Positions 9,837-19,571 of a stretch of 54,154 bases of DNA are shown in pieces. The notes below the pieces were generated by a model. The model had not been told where the DNA came from and ran no database searches. It was given only the letters and a program-made list of their open reading frames with translations. A program made the position numbers and the translations under genes. Position 1 is the stretch's first letter, and every line of letters begins with the position of its first letter. The stretch spans positions 1-54,154 of the forward strand of contig JADFPI010000002.1 in NCBI GenBank assembly GCA_022562395.1. Reading direction: 5' to 3'. The stretch is from Patescibacteria group bacterium. GTDB lineage: Bacteria > Patescibacteriota > Microgenomatia > UBA8517.

Positions 9837-10439
9837 ATGGCTATATTTAAAGACAGGATGGGGCACGAACTTGCCTTTAATCAGGCCTTACCAAAAATTT
9901 TAAATCGATTATACAATTATTGGTTGGACTTTGAGTTAATGCTACTTCGCTGGGTTGGGCACATTCCTTTCCACACAGTCAGGAAATTCTTTTATGTTTT
10001 AGCGGGATTGAAGATTGGTCGAGGCTCAACTATTCATATGTGGGCCAATTTTTTTCAGCCTAAAAATATTGAAGTCGGAGCTGGTACAATAATTGGCGGC
10101 AACGTTTTTTTAGACGGAAGAGCATCGCTTAAGATTGGTAATCATGTAGATATAGCCTCTCAAGTTTTAATTTACAACTCTGAGCACGATTTGGAAAAAG
10201 AAGATTTTTCGGTAATTGAGGAGCCGGTCGAGATTGGAGACTATGTTTTTATTGGTCCGCGGGCAATTATCCTTCCTGGGGTAAAAATCGGCAAGGGTGC
10301 GATAGTTGCGGCAGGTGCCGTAGTTACACAAGATGTTCCCGGTTTTGCAATAGTCGGCGGTGTTCCAGCTAAAGTAATAGGGGAGCGAAAAAATAAAAAT
10401 CCGCAATATCGGCTAGGTCGTGCTCGGCTATTCCAGTGA
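9837..10439 (+). CDS. hexapeptide-repeat (left-handed beta-helix) O-acetyltransferase
   Basis: Imperfect hexapeptide repeats IGRGSTI / [13 protein letters not shown] / IGNHVDI / [41 protein letters not shown]. Confidence 0.85.
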   Translation: MAIFKDRMGHELAFNQALPKILNRLYNYWLDFELMLLRWVGHIPFHTVRKFFYVLAGLKIGRGSTIHMWANFFQPKNIEVGAGTIIGGNVFLDGRASLKIGNHVDIASQVLIYNSEHDLEKEDFSVIEEPVEIGDYVFIGPRAIILPGVKIGKGAIVAAGAVVTQDVPGFAIVGGVPAKVIGERKNKNPQYRLGRARLFQ

Positions 10440-10442
10440 GTT

Positions 10443-10985
10443 ATGAGAATTTTTCTAAAAGTCTTTTTCTTAATATTTTCTTTGTTATTCTTGTTCTATC
10501 TTTTGCTTCCTAGTCCCGATTTTCCCGAACCGCCGTCAGATAGTATTCAATCAAATGAGCCGGCAGATACGGAAACTCCTTTAAGGCGCGCATATTTTAC
10601 GGATTTTACTCGTGAGGAGGTAATGAATCATTATAAAAATCAACTAAATAAATCCCATTTTTTGGGGATACCCTTGCCTACTTATAGACTTAACTATCCT
10701 CCGGAGGAAGCTCAAACTATTATCCGTGACCAGACAAAGTCTACCTTTCTGGAAGAAATAGTGCATCCATTTCGCGAGTCTGTTTATATTAACGGATTTG
10801 AGCCCAAAAATCCGAAAGACGCAATTTTTATAAACGAGAAATTCTTCAGACAAAAAATAATTGTACGTTTTGTTCCAAGCACGATGTACGTCAGAATGGT
10901 AGTAGCACTGCCTGTGCTGGTTTTGGTCGTCGTCTTATTCCGTAATTGGGAAGATTCAATCCGCAAATTATTTAGGAAAAGTTAA
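10443..10985 (+). CDS. hypothetical membrane protein (N- and C-terminal TM segments)
   Basis: 180-aa ORF, tightly packed between neighbouring genes. No recognisable motif. Confidence 0.5.
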   Translation: MRIFLKVFFLIFSLLFLFYLLLPSPDFPEPPSDSIQSNEPADTETPLRRAYFTDFTREEVMNHYKNQLNKSHFLGIPLPTYRLNYPPEEAQTIIRDQTKSTFLEEIVHPFRESVYINGFEPKNPKDAIFINEKFFRQKIIVRFVPSTMYVRMVVALPVLVLVVVLFRNWEDSIRKLFRKS

Positions 10986-10986
10986 A

Positions 10987-11904
10987 ATGCGCGACTTATC
11001 AATAATCATAGTTAGTCTAAATATCAAAGACTTACTCAAAGAATGCCTTGAGAGTGTTTATGAAAAGGAAAAAAGGGCAAACATTGAAATTTTTGTGGTG
11101 GATAATGCGTCAGACGACGGGACTCCCGAAATGGTGGAAAAGGAGTTTCCCCAGGTAAAGATAATAAGGAATAGAAAAAATATTGGTTTTGGGCCTGCAA
11201 ATAACATGGGGATGAGAAGGGCAAATGGCCGCTATGTTTTGCTTCTTAATCCCGACACTAAAATTATTACAAAAAATATTTTTTCGGAAATGGTGGCCTG
11301 GATGGATAAACACCCAAAGGTCGGTATATCAAGTTGCGCGCTCCTTAATCCTGACCTAACTTATCAAGGCTCCGGGGGATATTCCCCAACTATTTTCAGA
11401 GTACTAGCTTGGATGACTTTTCTTGACGATATTCCAGTTCTTGACAGAGTGATCAAGCCCTATCACCCTTTGCATACCTGGTCTCCTTTTTACAAGGGAG
11501 AAGAATACTTTGCTCGACCGCATGAGCAAGATTGGGTTACGGGAGCATTCTTTATGATGAGACGCAAGGCCATGGAGGATGTTGGTTTTTTTGACGAGGA
11601 TTATTTTACTTATGTTGAGGAGGTAGATTATAGCTACAGGACAAAGAAAAAAGGTTGGAAAATTTGGTATCTTCCAAGGTGGCGGATAGTTCATTATGGA
11701 CAAGTGACAACGGGCAGTGAAAGAGCAATGATAAATGAGTTCGAAGGCTTAAAACTATTTTATAGAAAACACAAACCTGGTTGGCAGACACCAATATTAA
11801 GATTTTTTTTGAAATTAGGGGCTGCAGCGAGGATAGTTATTTTTGGGATACTCAAGGGCCCAAATGTCGCAAAAACCTATGTTAAAGCTTTTAAAGTGGC
11901 TTGA
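10987..11904 (+). CDS. glycosyltransferase family 2
   Basis: SIIIVSLNIKDLLKECLESV, VVDNASDDGT, LLLNPDT, FFMMRR. Confidence 0.85.
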   Translation: MRDLSIIIVSLNIKDLLKECLESVYEKEKRANIEIFVVDNASDDGTPEMVEKEFPQVKIIRNRKNIGFGPANNMGMRRANGRYVLLLNPDTKIITKNIFSEMVAWMDKHPKVGISSCALLNPDLTYQGSGGYSPTIFRVLAWMTFLDDIPVLDRVIKPYHPLHTWSPFYKGEEYFARPHEQDWVTGAFFMMRRKAMEDVGFFDEDYFTYVEEVDYSYRTKKKGWKIWYLPRWRIVHYGQVTTGSERAMINEFEGLKLFYRKHKPGWQTPILRFFLKLGAAARIVIFGILKGPNVAKTYVKAFKVA

Positions 11905-13252
11905 TAATAGTTACAAATATATAGTTGCCGCCATTATTTTGGCGATACCTTTGTATCCAAAATTCCCTTCCGTTAGAGTGCCTGGAACCTACGTTTCTGT
12001 TAGGTTGGAAGATTTTTTGCTTTTGGCAGTAGTTTTTTTCTGGCTTGTATTAAATGCAAGTAAACTAAAAAAATTTGCGAAGGACAAAATTGCAATGGCT
12101 ATTGCTATTTTCCTTTTGGTCGGACTTGTTTCTCTCATTTCTGCAATTTTTATCACCCAGTCAGTTATTCCTCATCTTGGACTTTTACATTGGCTAAGAA
12201 GGATTGAGTATCTTGCCCTTTTCTTTGTTGGATTAACGGCAATTAGAGACAAGAAAACTTTGGATTTTTATTTGAAGCTGCTTGGTATAACAATCATAGC
12301 GGCGTTTGTCTACGGGCTGGGCCAGAAATACTTAACCTGGCCGGTTATTATTACTCAAAATTTAGAGTACTCAAAAGGAATTGCCCTACGCTGGATTCCA
12401 GGAAGTCACATTAACTCTACCTTCGCAGGGCACTACGATCTGGCAACATATTTGGTTTTGCTGCTTCCTATATTTGTGTCACTTTTGTTTGTGGTTAGAA
12501 GGATTCGTTCAAGAGTATTTTTGTTGGTTGTTGTATTGTCCGGATTGTGGCTTTTGATTAATGCAATATCAAGGATTTCAATAGTATCCTATATGGTTGG
12601 CGTTACTTTATCACTTTTCCTACTTAAACGCTACAAAGCAATTCCCCTGGTCATTGTAGTGAGTCTAGTGTTTTTTAGTTTTTCATCCGACCTGCTTTCC
12701 CGCTATGTAAGGATTATAGACGTTGGCAGAAGGCAGATAGATAGGATTTTCTATAATTTTCCCTCGACTGCTGCCTATGCCCAATCGGAAGAGATGGTTT
12801 CTCAAAGAAGAATTAAAGAAGTTATTCTGACGCCTACACCGGTACCCGTTTTCGAAGATAGGTCTACCTCAATTAGACTGAATGTGGAGTGGCCAAGAGC
12901 TCTAAGGGCTTTGGCCAAGAATCCTTTATTGGGAACAGGATATTCGTCAATTACACTGGCAACAGACAATGATTACCTACGCTTACTTGGTGAAACGGGC
13001 ATTTTAGGTTTTTTCGCCTTTTTTCTAATATTTGCTAGGGTTGCAAAGCACTTTAAAAGAGCATTTGGCATAATTCGAAAAGATGTAAATAGGGTAAGTT
13101 CAGCCTTTATTGCCGGAGTAATTGGGGCGCTACCTGGTCTATTTGTAAATACTATTTTTATAGATATATTTGAGGCAAGTAAATTTGCAACAATTTTTTG
13201 GCTAGTTATTGGATTTTCTGTTGCAGTAATTAAATTAAGAAGTAATGAGTAA
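11864..13252 (+). CDS. O-antigen ligase/polymerase-like (Wzy_C family) polytopic membrane protein
   Basis: More than 10 TM spans, with the C-terminal periplasmic-loop signature LLGTGYSSITLATDNDYLRLLGETGILGFFAF. The start is uncertain (TTG 11843, ATG 11864 or ATG 11879), and every candidate overlaps the upstream gene. Confidence 0.7.
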   Translation: MSQKPMLKLLKWLDNSYKYIVAAIILAIPLYPKFPSVRVPGTYVSVRLEDFLLLAVVFFWLVLNASKLKKFAKDKIAMAIAIFLLVGLVSLISAIFITQSVIPHLGLLHWLRRIEYLALFFVGLTAIRDKKTLDFYLKLLGITIIAAFVYGLGQKYLTWPVIITQNLEYSKGIALRWIPGSHINSTFAGHYDLATYLVLLLPIFVSLLFVVRRIRSRVFLLVVVLSGLWLLINAISRISIVSYMVGVTLSLFLLKRYKAIPLVIVVSLVFFSFSSDLLSRYVRIIDVGRRQIDRIFYNFPSTAAYAQSEEMVSQRRIKEVILTPTPVPVFEDRSTSIRLNVEWPRALRALAKNPLLGTGYSSITLATDNDYLRLLGETGILGFFAFFLIFARVAKHFKRAFGIIRKDVNRVSSAFIAGVIGALPGLFVNTIFIDIFEASKFATIFWLVIGFSVAVIKLRSNE

Positions 13253-14696
13253 AATTATTGAACAATTAAAACGATTGCTTAAAAACGAGTATTTTTTGAT
13301 ATCAATTATACTTATTTTTGCCTTTTTAGCGCGTCTTTATAAAATAAACAATCCAATCGCCGATTGGCATTCTTGGCGACAGGCAGATACAGCGTCGGTT
13401 ACAAAAATTTATGTGGAGGAAGGAATAAATTTACTTTATCCCCGCTATCACGATATTTCGAGTATTCAAACGGGTATTTTTAATCCGGAAGGCTTGCGTT
13501 TTGTTGAGTTTCCAGTTTTTAATGTTATACACGCGTCTCTTTATAATACTTTTGCAACTTTTTCTCTCGAGGTTTGGGGGAGATTACTTTCAATATTCTC
13601 TTCTTTAATTTCTACTTATATTTTGTATCTACTAGGCAAAAGATTTATAGGAAAGTGGGGGGGTATTTTGTCTGCATTTTTCTTTGCATTTTTACCTTTT
13701 AACATCTATTTTTCCAGGGTAATTTTACCGGAACCTCTAGCAGTTTCATTTGCACTTTTTTCAATGTGGCTATTTGTGAAATTTTTGGATGGAGAGAAAA
13801 GCTTACCTTTATATTTATCTGCAATATCCTTTGCAATTGCGATGCTCATAAAACCTTTCGTTTTCTTTTATGGCCTGCCACTTTTTTACCTTGCCGTTAA
13901 AAAATATGGACTCAAAGGACTTTTTAAAGATAAAAGGTTTCTTTTAGCAGTTGACATTGCCTTAGTTCCCTTTTTTGTCTGGAGGATTTGGATTAACCAG
14001 TTTCCCGCGGGAATTCCCTTTTGGAAATGGGCCTTCAACGGAGACAAAATTCGCTTTAGGCCTGCTTTTTGGAGATGGATTTTTGTCGAAAGACTGGGGC
14101 GTCTTATTCTTGGCACTTGGGGTTTAATTCCTTTTTCCTTCGGGTTATTAAAGACTAAAAAAGAAAACTATTTTAACCTTATGTTTTTCTTTGGCGTTGT
14201 TTTATATGCGGTAGTTTTTGCTACTGCGAGCGTAAGACACGATTATTATCAGATTACTATGATTCCGGCTATCTCTCTTTTGCTCGCGCAAGGAACAATT
14301 AATTTATGGCAGACAAAAAATTTCGAAAATTGGCTGGCAAGACCACTCTTGATTTTCTCGATTGCTATGATGTTGATGGCGGGTGCCTATCAGGCAAAGG
14401 AATATTACAAGATAAATCGCCCCGAAATAATAAGGGCTGGGGCAGCACTTGACAGGATTGCCCCAAAAGATGCAATTGTTATCGCTCCTTATAATGGCGA
14501 TACAGCATTTTTGTATCAGACTGGAAGACGGGGTTGGCCGGCAATTGACGATTCAATTGATAGAATCATTGAGAAAGGAGCTTCATTTTACGTTTCTGTA
14601 GATTTGAACCATCCTGACACGCAAATGGTAGAAGAAAGATTTAGAGTGGTAGAAAAAACCAGCGAGTATATTATAGTAGACCTTCGAACGCAGTAA
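13245..14696 (+). CDS. polytopic membrane glycosyltransferase, GT-C fold (ArnT/GT83- or GT39-like)
   Basis: 483 aa. First-loop motif ADWHSWRQADTASV, multiple TM spans, and a soluble C-terminal domain. Confidence 0.7.
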   Translation: MSKIIEQLKRLLKNEYFLISIILIFAFLARLYKINNPIADWHSWRQADTASVTKIYVEEGINLLYPRYHDISSIQTGIFNPEGLRFVEFPVFNVIHASLYNTFATFSLEVWGRLLSIFSSLISTYILYLLGKRFIGKWGGILSAFFFAFLPFNIYFSRVILPEPLAVSFALFSMWLFVKFLDGEKSLPLYLSAISFAIAMLIKPFVFFYGLPLFYLAVKKYGLKGLFKDKRFLLAVDIALVPFFVWRIWINQFPAGIPFWKWAFNGDKIRFRPAFWRWIFVERLGRLILGTWGLIPFSFGLLKTKKENYFNLMFFFGVVLYAVVFATASVRHDYYQITMIPAISLLLAQGTINLWQTKNFENWLARPLLIFSIAMMLMAGAYQAKEYYKINRPEIIRAGAALDRIAPKDAIVIAPYNGDTAFLYQTGRRGWPAIDDSIDRIIEKGASFYVSVDLNHPDTQMVEERFRVVEKTSEYIIVDLRTQ

Positions 14697-14700
14697 GAGA

Positions 14701-15897
14701 ATGAAAATATTAATGCTCACCCCATACTTGCCGTATCCGTTGTTGTCTGGCGGCCAGACGAGGTCATACAACTTGATTAAGAACCTTTCCGGCAAACACG
14801 AAATTACCCTCTTTTCCTTGATAAAGCACGAAAGTGAAAAAAAGTACGTTGGTGAACTGAAAAAATACTGCAAGAAAGTCAAAGTTTTTAAAAGGTCACA
14901 GTCTCCTTGGACTTTGCGAAATATTGTCTTAACAGGATTTGGTCCATATCCGTTTCTAGTAATAAGAAATTTGGTGCAGAAGGAAAGAGAAGCAATTAAA
15001 AAAGAGCTGTCAACGGATAAATATGACTTAATCCATGCGGAAACATTTTATGTAATGCCTCACATTCCTCGAACAGAAATACCGGTACTTTTGGTGGAGC
15101 AAACCGTAGAGTATCTGGTTTATAAGCACTACGTTGAGGAACGGGCTCCGCTTTTTATGCGACCGCTTTTATGGATTGATATTTTTAAGCTTAGATTCTG
15201 GGAAACTTATTATTGGAAGCGAGCCAAGAAGGTTGTGGCTATGTCAGATTCCGACAAAAGACAAATGAGAGAATTGGTTCACGGGCTTGATATTGATGTT
15301 GTCCCAAATGGTATTGATATAGACTATTTTTCTGAAAAAGAAAGAAAAGAAGCCCACCCGCAGAGGATACTTTACGTAGGTAACTTTTCCTGGCTTCAGA
15401 ACATTGAGGCCGTAGAGATATTGACTAGCACAGTTTGGACAAAGATAAAAAAGGAAATTCCGAAGGCAAAGCTTTGGATAGTTGGTATGAACATGACCGA
15501 TGAAATTAGAGCCTTACAAGAACGAGAAGATATTGAAATTACCGAAGGAATACCGGACATAAGAGATGCTTATAGAAAGGCAAGCGTACTGGTTGCGCCA
15601 ATTGAAGGACCCGGCGGTACCAGATTAAAAGTTTTAGAAGCGATGGCATCAGGCTTGCCGGTTGTCACAACTCCTGTTGGGGCAGAAGGCCTTGGAGTGA
15701 AGGACGGGAAACACGTCCTGATTAAAAGTAATTATAAGGAGCTTGCAACTTCGGCCGTAAAGGTTTTGAAAAACGAGAAACTGGCGAAAAATCTGGGAGA
15801 GTCTGGTAAAAAGTTTGTAGAAAAAAATTATTCTTGGTCAACAAATGCCGGGCTTTTAGATAAGATTTACAAGGAGGTGATTCGTGTCAAAGCCTGA
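14701..15897 (+). CDS. glycosyltransferase family 4
   Basis: LSGGQTRSYNL at the N-terminus and GPGGTRLKVLEAMASGLPVVTTPVGAEG. Confidence 0.85.
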   Translation: MKILMLTPYLPYPLLSGGQTRSYNLIKNLSGKHEITLFSLIKHESEKKYVGELKKYCKKVKVFKRSQSPWTLRNIVLTGFGPYPFLVIRNLVQKEREAIKKELSTDKYDLIHAETFYVMPHIPRTEIPVLLVEQTVEYLVYKHYVEERAPLFMRPLLWIDIFKLRFWETYYWKRAKKVVAMSDSDKRQMRELVHGLDIDVVPNGIDIDYFSEKERKEAHPQRILYVGNFSWLQNIEAVEILTSTVWTKIKKEIPKAKLWIVGMNMTDEIRALQEREDIEITEGIPDIRDAYRKASVLVAPIEGPGGTRLKVLEAMASGLPVVTTPVGAEGLGVKDGKHVLIKSNYKELATSAVKVLKNEKLAKNLGESGKKFVEKNYSWSTNAGLLDKIYKEVIRVKA

Positions 15898-16798
15898 ATT
15901 ATCAATAGTAATTCTCAACTACAATACAAAGGAACTATTAGAGGACTGCCTTAATTCTATTAAAAAACATGAAAAAGAAGTGCTTCTGGAGGTAATAGTT
16001 TCTGACAATGGTTCTGATGACGGAAGTGTGGTGATGGTAAAAAATAAATTCCCCCGGACAAGAGTGTTTGAAGGAGAAAATGTGGGCTTTGCGGCTGGGA
16101 ACAATAGGGTAAGAAAGCACGTTCAGGGAAAGATGGTTCTTTTCTTAAATCCCGACACTGTCGTTAAAAAGGGAGTGATTAAAGAAACGGTAGCCTATCT
16201 TAGGGAGCATAAAGATGTTGGAGCCTTATCTTGTAAATTGGTTTTGCCGGACGGCAGTCTCGATAGGGATACTAGAAGGTCTTTTCCTACGCCTTGGGTG
16301 ACATTCACCCATCTTGTTTTAAGGCTCGATAGGATATTTCCAAGATCGAGACTATTTGGAAAATACTGGTATGGTTATGTACCAGAAAGCACCACTCACG
16401 AAGTAGATGCATTGCAGGGTGCTTTTTTTCTGACCTGGAAGACAATATTAGACAAAGTTGGCTGGTTTGACGAGGGCTACTACTTTGACGCTGAAGATAT
16501 AGACCTATCATGGAGGATTAAAAAGGCCGGATACAAGCTTATTTATTATCCAAAAGTTTCAATGTTGCACATAAAGGGAGTAACCAAGGGAAAAGTTAAG
16601 AAATGGAGAAAAAAAGTTCCCTTACAACAAAGATTAAAGCTTAGGATGGCCGGCGTAGACTCAATGGAAAGATTTTACCGAAAAAATCTTTGGGGACAAT
16701 ACCCACTAATTTTTAATATTTTTATGATTCTGGGCATAAGAATTTTTAAACTTATTAGAAAAGCCGGGGTACTTCTTTCTTATTACACCGAACGATAA
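15884..16798 (+). CDS. glycosyltransferase family 2
   Basis: GTG start. LSIVILNYNTKELLEDCLNSI, VSDNGSDDGS, FLNPDT, EDIDLSWR. Confidence 0.85.
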   Translation: MSKPELSIVILNYNTKELLEDCLNSIKKHEKEVLLEVIVSDNGSDDGSVVMVKNKFPRTRVFEGENVGFAAGNNRVRKHVQGKMVLFLNPDTVVKKGVIKETVAYLREHKDVGALSCKLVLPDGSLDRDTRRSFPTPWVTFTHLVLRLDRIFPRSRLFGKYWYGYVPESTTHEVDALQGAFFLTWKTILDKVGWFDEGYYFDAEDIDLSWRIKKAGYKLIYYPKVSMLHIKGVTKGKVKKWRKKVPLQQRLKLRMAGVDSMERFYRKNLWGQYPLIFNIFMILGIRIFKLIRKAGVLLSYYTER

Positions 16799-16847
16799 TA
16801 TGAAGATTTTGATAAGCAAAGCTTGTCAATAACTATTTGTAAATAAT

Positions 16848-17981
16848 ATGAGGATATTGATAGACGGGCGGTTTTGGGGTTTGGAGAATGCAGGATTGGG
16901 TAGATATACCATAAATCTTATAAATTCTCTTCAAAAACTTGATAAAAAAAACAATTACCTTGTCCTTCTTAGGAAAAAGTACTTTAATAAATTGAAATTT
17001 CCAAAAAACTGGGAAAAAGTCCTAGCTGAGGTAAAACACTATAGTTTTAAAGAGCAAGTTAAAATTCCCAAATTAATATTCAAGCACGAGCCAAATATAG
17101 TTCACTTTTTACACTTTAATGTACCTATTTCATACAACAGAAATTTTATTGTGACGATTCACGATATCCTCTGGCACAAACAAAAGGGAGAAAACGTGAC
17201 AACCCTTTCTCCTTTAAGGTACAAAGCAAAGTACCTAGGTTATAAAAAGGTATTTTCTCATGCAGTGGCCGCTTCAAAAAAGATTATCGTTCCAAGCAAG
17301 TCCGTTAAGAAAGAGTTAATTGAGTATTACAAGAGCCTGGACAGAAAAAAAGTCACTGTTGTATATGAGGGGATTGACGAAAATTTCTCGAAAGTAAGCG
17401 AAAAAGAAAGGGTCTTGAAAAAATACTCCATTAATTCAGACTATTTTATATACGCTGGCAATGCCTATCCTCATAAAAATCTTCCCAGAGCAATCGAGGC
17501 AGTAATTCATTTAAATAAGGTATCCAAGAAGAAGTTATTGTTTGCAATCGCTTGCTCGAGGAGCGTTTTTTTAGAAAGACTTGAGGGAGTCGTTCGCCAG
17601 TCGGGGGCAGCTGACTACGTTAAAATATTGGGCCAAGTATCCGACAAAGACTTGGGAGTTTTGTACAAAAATTCTCTGGCGCTATTGTACCCATCACTTT
17701 CCGAGGGTTTCGGACTCCAGGGGTTAGAGGCGATTGCTTCAGGAACCACCGTTCTTGCATCAAACATACCGGTATTCAAGGAAGTTTATATTAACAATGT
17801 AATTTATTTTGATCCCTATGATGTTTCTTCAATCGTGAAGAGCATGCAGGAGGTTATAGAGATGAGTTTGGAAAAAAGGGAAAAGATGATTAAGAAAGGC
17901 CAAGAATTTATAAAACGTTACTCCTGGGACAAAATGGCCAAAGAGACTCTTAAAGTTTACGAAGAGGCACTAAAGGATTGA
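16848..17981 (+). CDS. glycosyltransferase family 4
   Basis: SEGFGLQGLEAIASGTTVLASNIPVFKEV. Confidence 0.85.
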   Translation: MRILIDGRFWGLENAGLGRYTINLINSLQKLDKKNNYLVLLRKKYFNKLKFPKNWEKVLAEVKHYSFKEQVKIPKLIFKHEPNIVHFLHFNVPISYNRNFIVTIHDILWHKQKGENVTTLSPLRYKAKYLGYKKVFSHAVAASKKIIVPSKSVKKELIEYYKSLDRKKVTVVYEGIDENFSKVSEKERVLKKYSINSDYFIYAGNAYPHKNLPRAIEAVIHLNKVSKKKLLFAIACSRSVFLERLEGVVRQSGAADYVKILGQVSDKDLGVLYKNSLALLYPSLSEGFGLQGLEAIASGTTVLASNIPVFKEVYINNVIYFDPYDVSSIVKSMQEVIEMSLEKREKMIKKGQEFIKRYSWDKMAKETLKVYEEALKD

Positions 17982-17989
17982 ATGAGATT

Positions 17990-19006
17990 ATGAAAAAAAG
18001 AAAGTTTAAAAAGTCTTATACTCGCTCAATGGCGCTGATAGATATTCAATCTTGGTATGAGGGTGAGCGTCATGGTCTGGACGAAATTACGAGTGGCCAT
18101 GCATACTTTGACCCTTTATTTATTTACCGAAAGGAAGGATTGACTGATGTTTACTATGATGTTAATGAAGTCGAGATAGCCGTTGTTGCCGTCAAAAACT
18201 ATTTTCAGGATAACCCCAGAAAGTTTGATCGGTTAGCCAAAACATATCGGCAGTATTGTGTTGAGCTAGAAACGTTATGTAAGCAGAGAAGCTTAAATGA
18301 CCTTTCGAAAATATTTAATCTTGTTTGTAATATTTGGCCGATGATATCGGCAACAGTGGTTTTAGGTGAATTTATTGAACATGAGAGGGTAGGGAATATT
18401 GCCCGGCGGGCTTTAGACTTGCGTTCCGAAACGGGAGAGATTGTATATTTGGCCGCGGATACGTTACTCGAATTAGCCAGGCAAAACTATCCAAGATTAA
18501 GCGATTTTATAGAATTTCTGAGTTTTGAGGAAATCGAATCACAACATGTACCAAACTTTGGCGAATTGGAAGATAGAAAGGTTGGATTCATTTACTTTAA
18601 GGGATATCTATATCCTAACTACCCAGTTTCTAAATTGGAAAGGAAGCACAATCTGGTAATTGAGAAAGACGAAATTGTTGAAATTGATGAGCTGAAAGGA
18701 CAGGTGGCAAGTAAAGGGAAAGTTCGAGGTAAAGTTAGGGTAATGTTAACGACAGAAGCGATGGAGAACTTTCAAGATGGTGAGGTTTTGGTAAGCATTA
18801 TGACGACTCCCGATTTCTTACCTATTATGAAGAAGGCGTCTGCTTTTGTAACCGATGAAGGAGGAATTACAAGCCATGCCGCGATCGTTTCCCGCGAGTT
18901 TGGAGTTCCGTGTATAGTCGGTACTAGAATTGCCACCAAAGTATTAAAAGACGGCGATTTGGTGGAAGTTGACGCGGAGAAAGGGATAGTGAGGAAAATT
19001 AAATAA
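17990..19006 (+). CDS. PEP-utilising-enzyme mobile (phosphohistidine swivel) domain protein with an unrecognised N-terminal domain
   Basis: C-terminal GKVRGKVRVM...TTPDFLPIMKKASAFVTDEGGITSHAAIVSREFGVPCIVGT is the swivel-domain signature with its catalytic His. I see no ATP-grasp or PEP-binding TIM domain. ATG 17990 (the track starts at TTG 17978). Confidence 0.75.
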   Translation: MKKRKFKKSYTRSMALIDIQSWYEGERHGLDEITSGHAYFDPLFIYRKEGLTDVYYDVNEVEIAVVAVKNYFQDNPRKFDRLAKTYRQYCVELETLCKQRSLNDLSKIFNLVCNIWPMISATVVLGEFIEHERVGNIARRALDLRSETGEIVYLAADTLLELARQNYPRLSDFIEFLSFEEIESQHVPNFGELEDRKVGFIYFKGYLYPNYPVSKLERKHNLVIEKDEIVEIDELKGQVASKGKVRGKVRVMLTTEAMENFQDGEVLVSIMTTPDFLPIMKKASAFVTDEGGITSHAAIVSREFGVPCIVGTRIATKVLKDGDLVEVDAEKGIVRKIK

Positions 19007-19077
19007 ACTACCGAGGGTTAAACAAAGCTTGCGACTTCGTCGTAAAGCCCGCGGTTTTCGCGAATGCTGAAAATAAA

Positions 19078-19404
19078 ATGCAGATAATGATATTCGTTTT
19101 AGGAGTTTTGGCAGGGATTTTCATTGCCTTTTATTTGATAAAAAAGAAGAAAATCGGTAAAAAAGTGTCTCTAGGAATTATTGGTCTCCAGGCAAGAAAG
19201 AAAGTAGAAAACAAAAAAAAGATTTTGGAGCTTATGAAAACCAAGGACAGAATTACAAATGACGAGACAGAAGAGTTACTGGGTGTTTCTGATGCAACTG
19301 CAGAACGATACCTTGACGAGCTTGAAAAAGAAGGTTGGCTAAATCAAGTCGGCGCTAAGGGGAGGTCGGTTTATTATGAACCCACAAAAGGCTCAACGCG
19401 TTGA
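19078..19404 (+). CDS. small membrane-anchored winged-helix/HTH protein
   Basis: N-terminal TM segment IMIFVLGVLAGIFIAFYLI, then ITNDETEELLGVSDATAERYLDELEKEGWL (HTH-like). Confidence 0.6.
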   Translation: MQIMIFVLGVLAGIFIAFYLIKKKKIGKKVSLGIIGLQARKKVENKKKILELMKTKDRITNDETEELLGVSDATAERYLDELEKEGWLNQVGAKGRSVYYEPTKGSTR

Positions 19405-19411
19405 GCCTTTT
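19386..19411 (+). terminator. perfect 26-nt palindrome / intrinsic-terminator-like hairpin overlapping the stop codon
   Basis: aaaaggctcaacg|cgttgagcctttt gives a GC-containing stem GGCTCAAC/GTTGAGCC followed by TTTT. It sits at the end of the long co-directional glycan gene array. Confidence 0.5.
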
Positions 19412-19428
19412 AACGTACAATGACGGTA

Positions 19429-19500
19429 ATGAAAGTTGCGCTGGTTTACGACAGGGTAAATAGGTGGGCATCATTCATACTAGAATTGGGCTGTGGGTAG
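19429..19500 (+). pseudogene. orphan duplicate of the 5' end of the GT4 gene at 20686 (23-codon dead-end ORF)
   Basis: 19429-19468 matches 20686-20725 at 37/40 positions (MKVALVYDRVN.W). Similarity ends abruptly at 19469, and a stop follows at 19498-19500. Confidence 0.6.
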
Positions 19501-19571
19501 ACACGTCTCCAAATTGCCTGATAAAAAAGTTGAATGGTAGGTGGTCGTTGATGTAAAATCAGTCGTTTTGG

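Noticed and set aside
16800-16832. A 10-codon mini-ORF (MKILISKACQ) whose first 15 nt resemble the start of the GT4 gene 48 nt downstream (13/15), reminiscent of the 40-bp duplication at 19429.
   Set aside because: The match is only about 15 nt in an AT-rich spacer, and MK/RIL is the generic N-terminus of many GT genes. It is too short to distinguish from chance.
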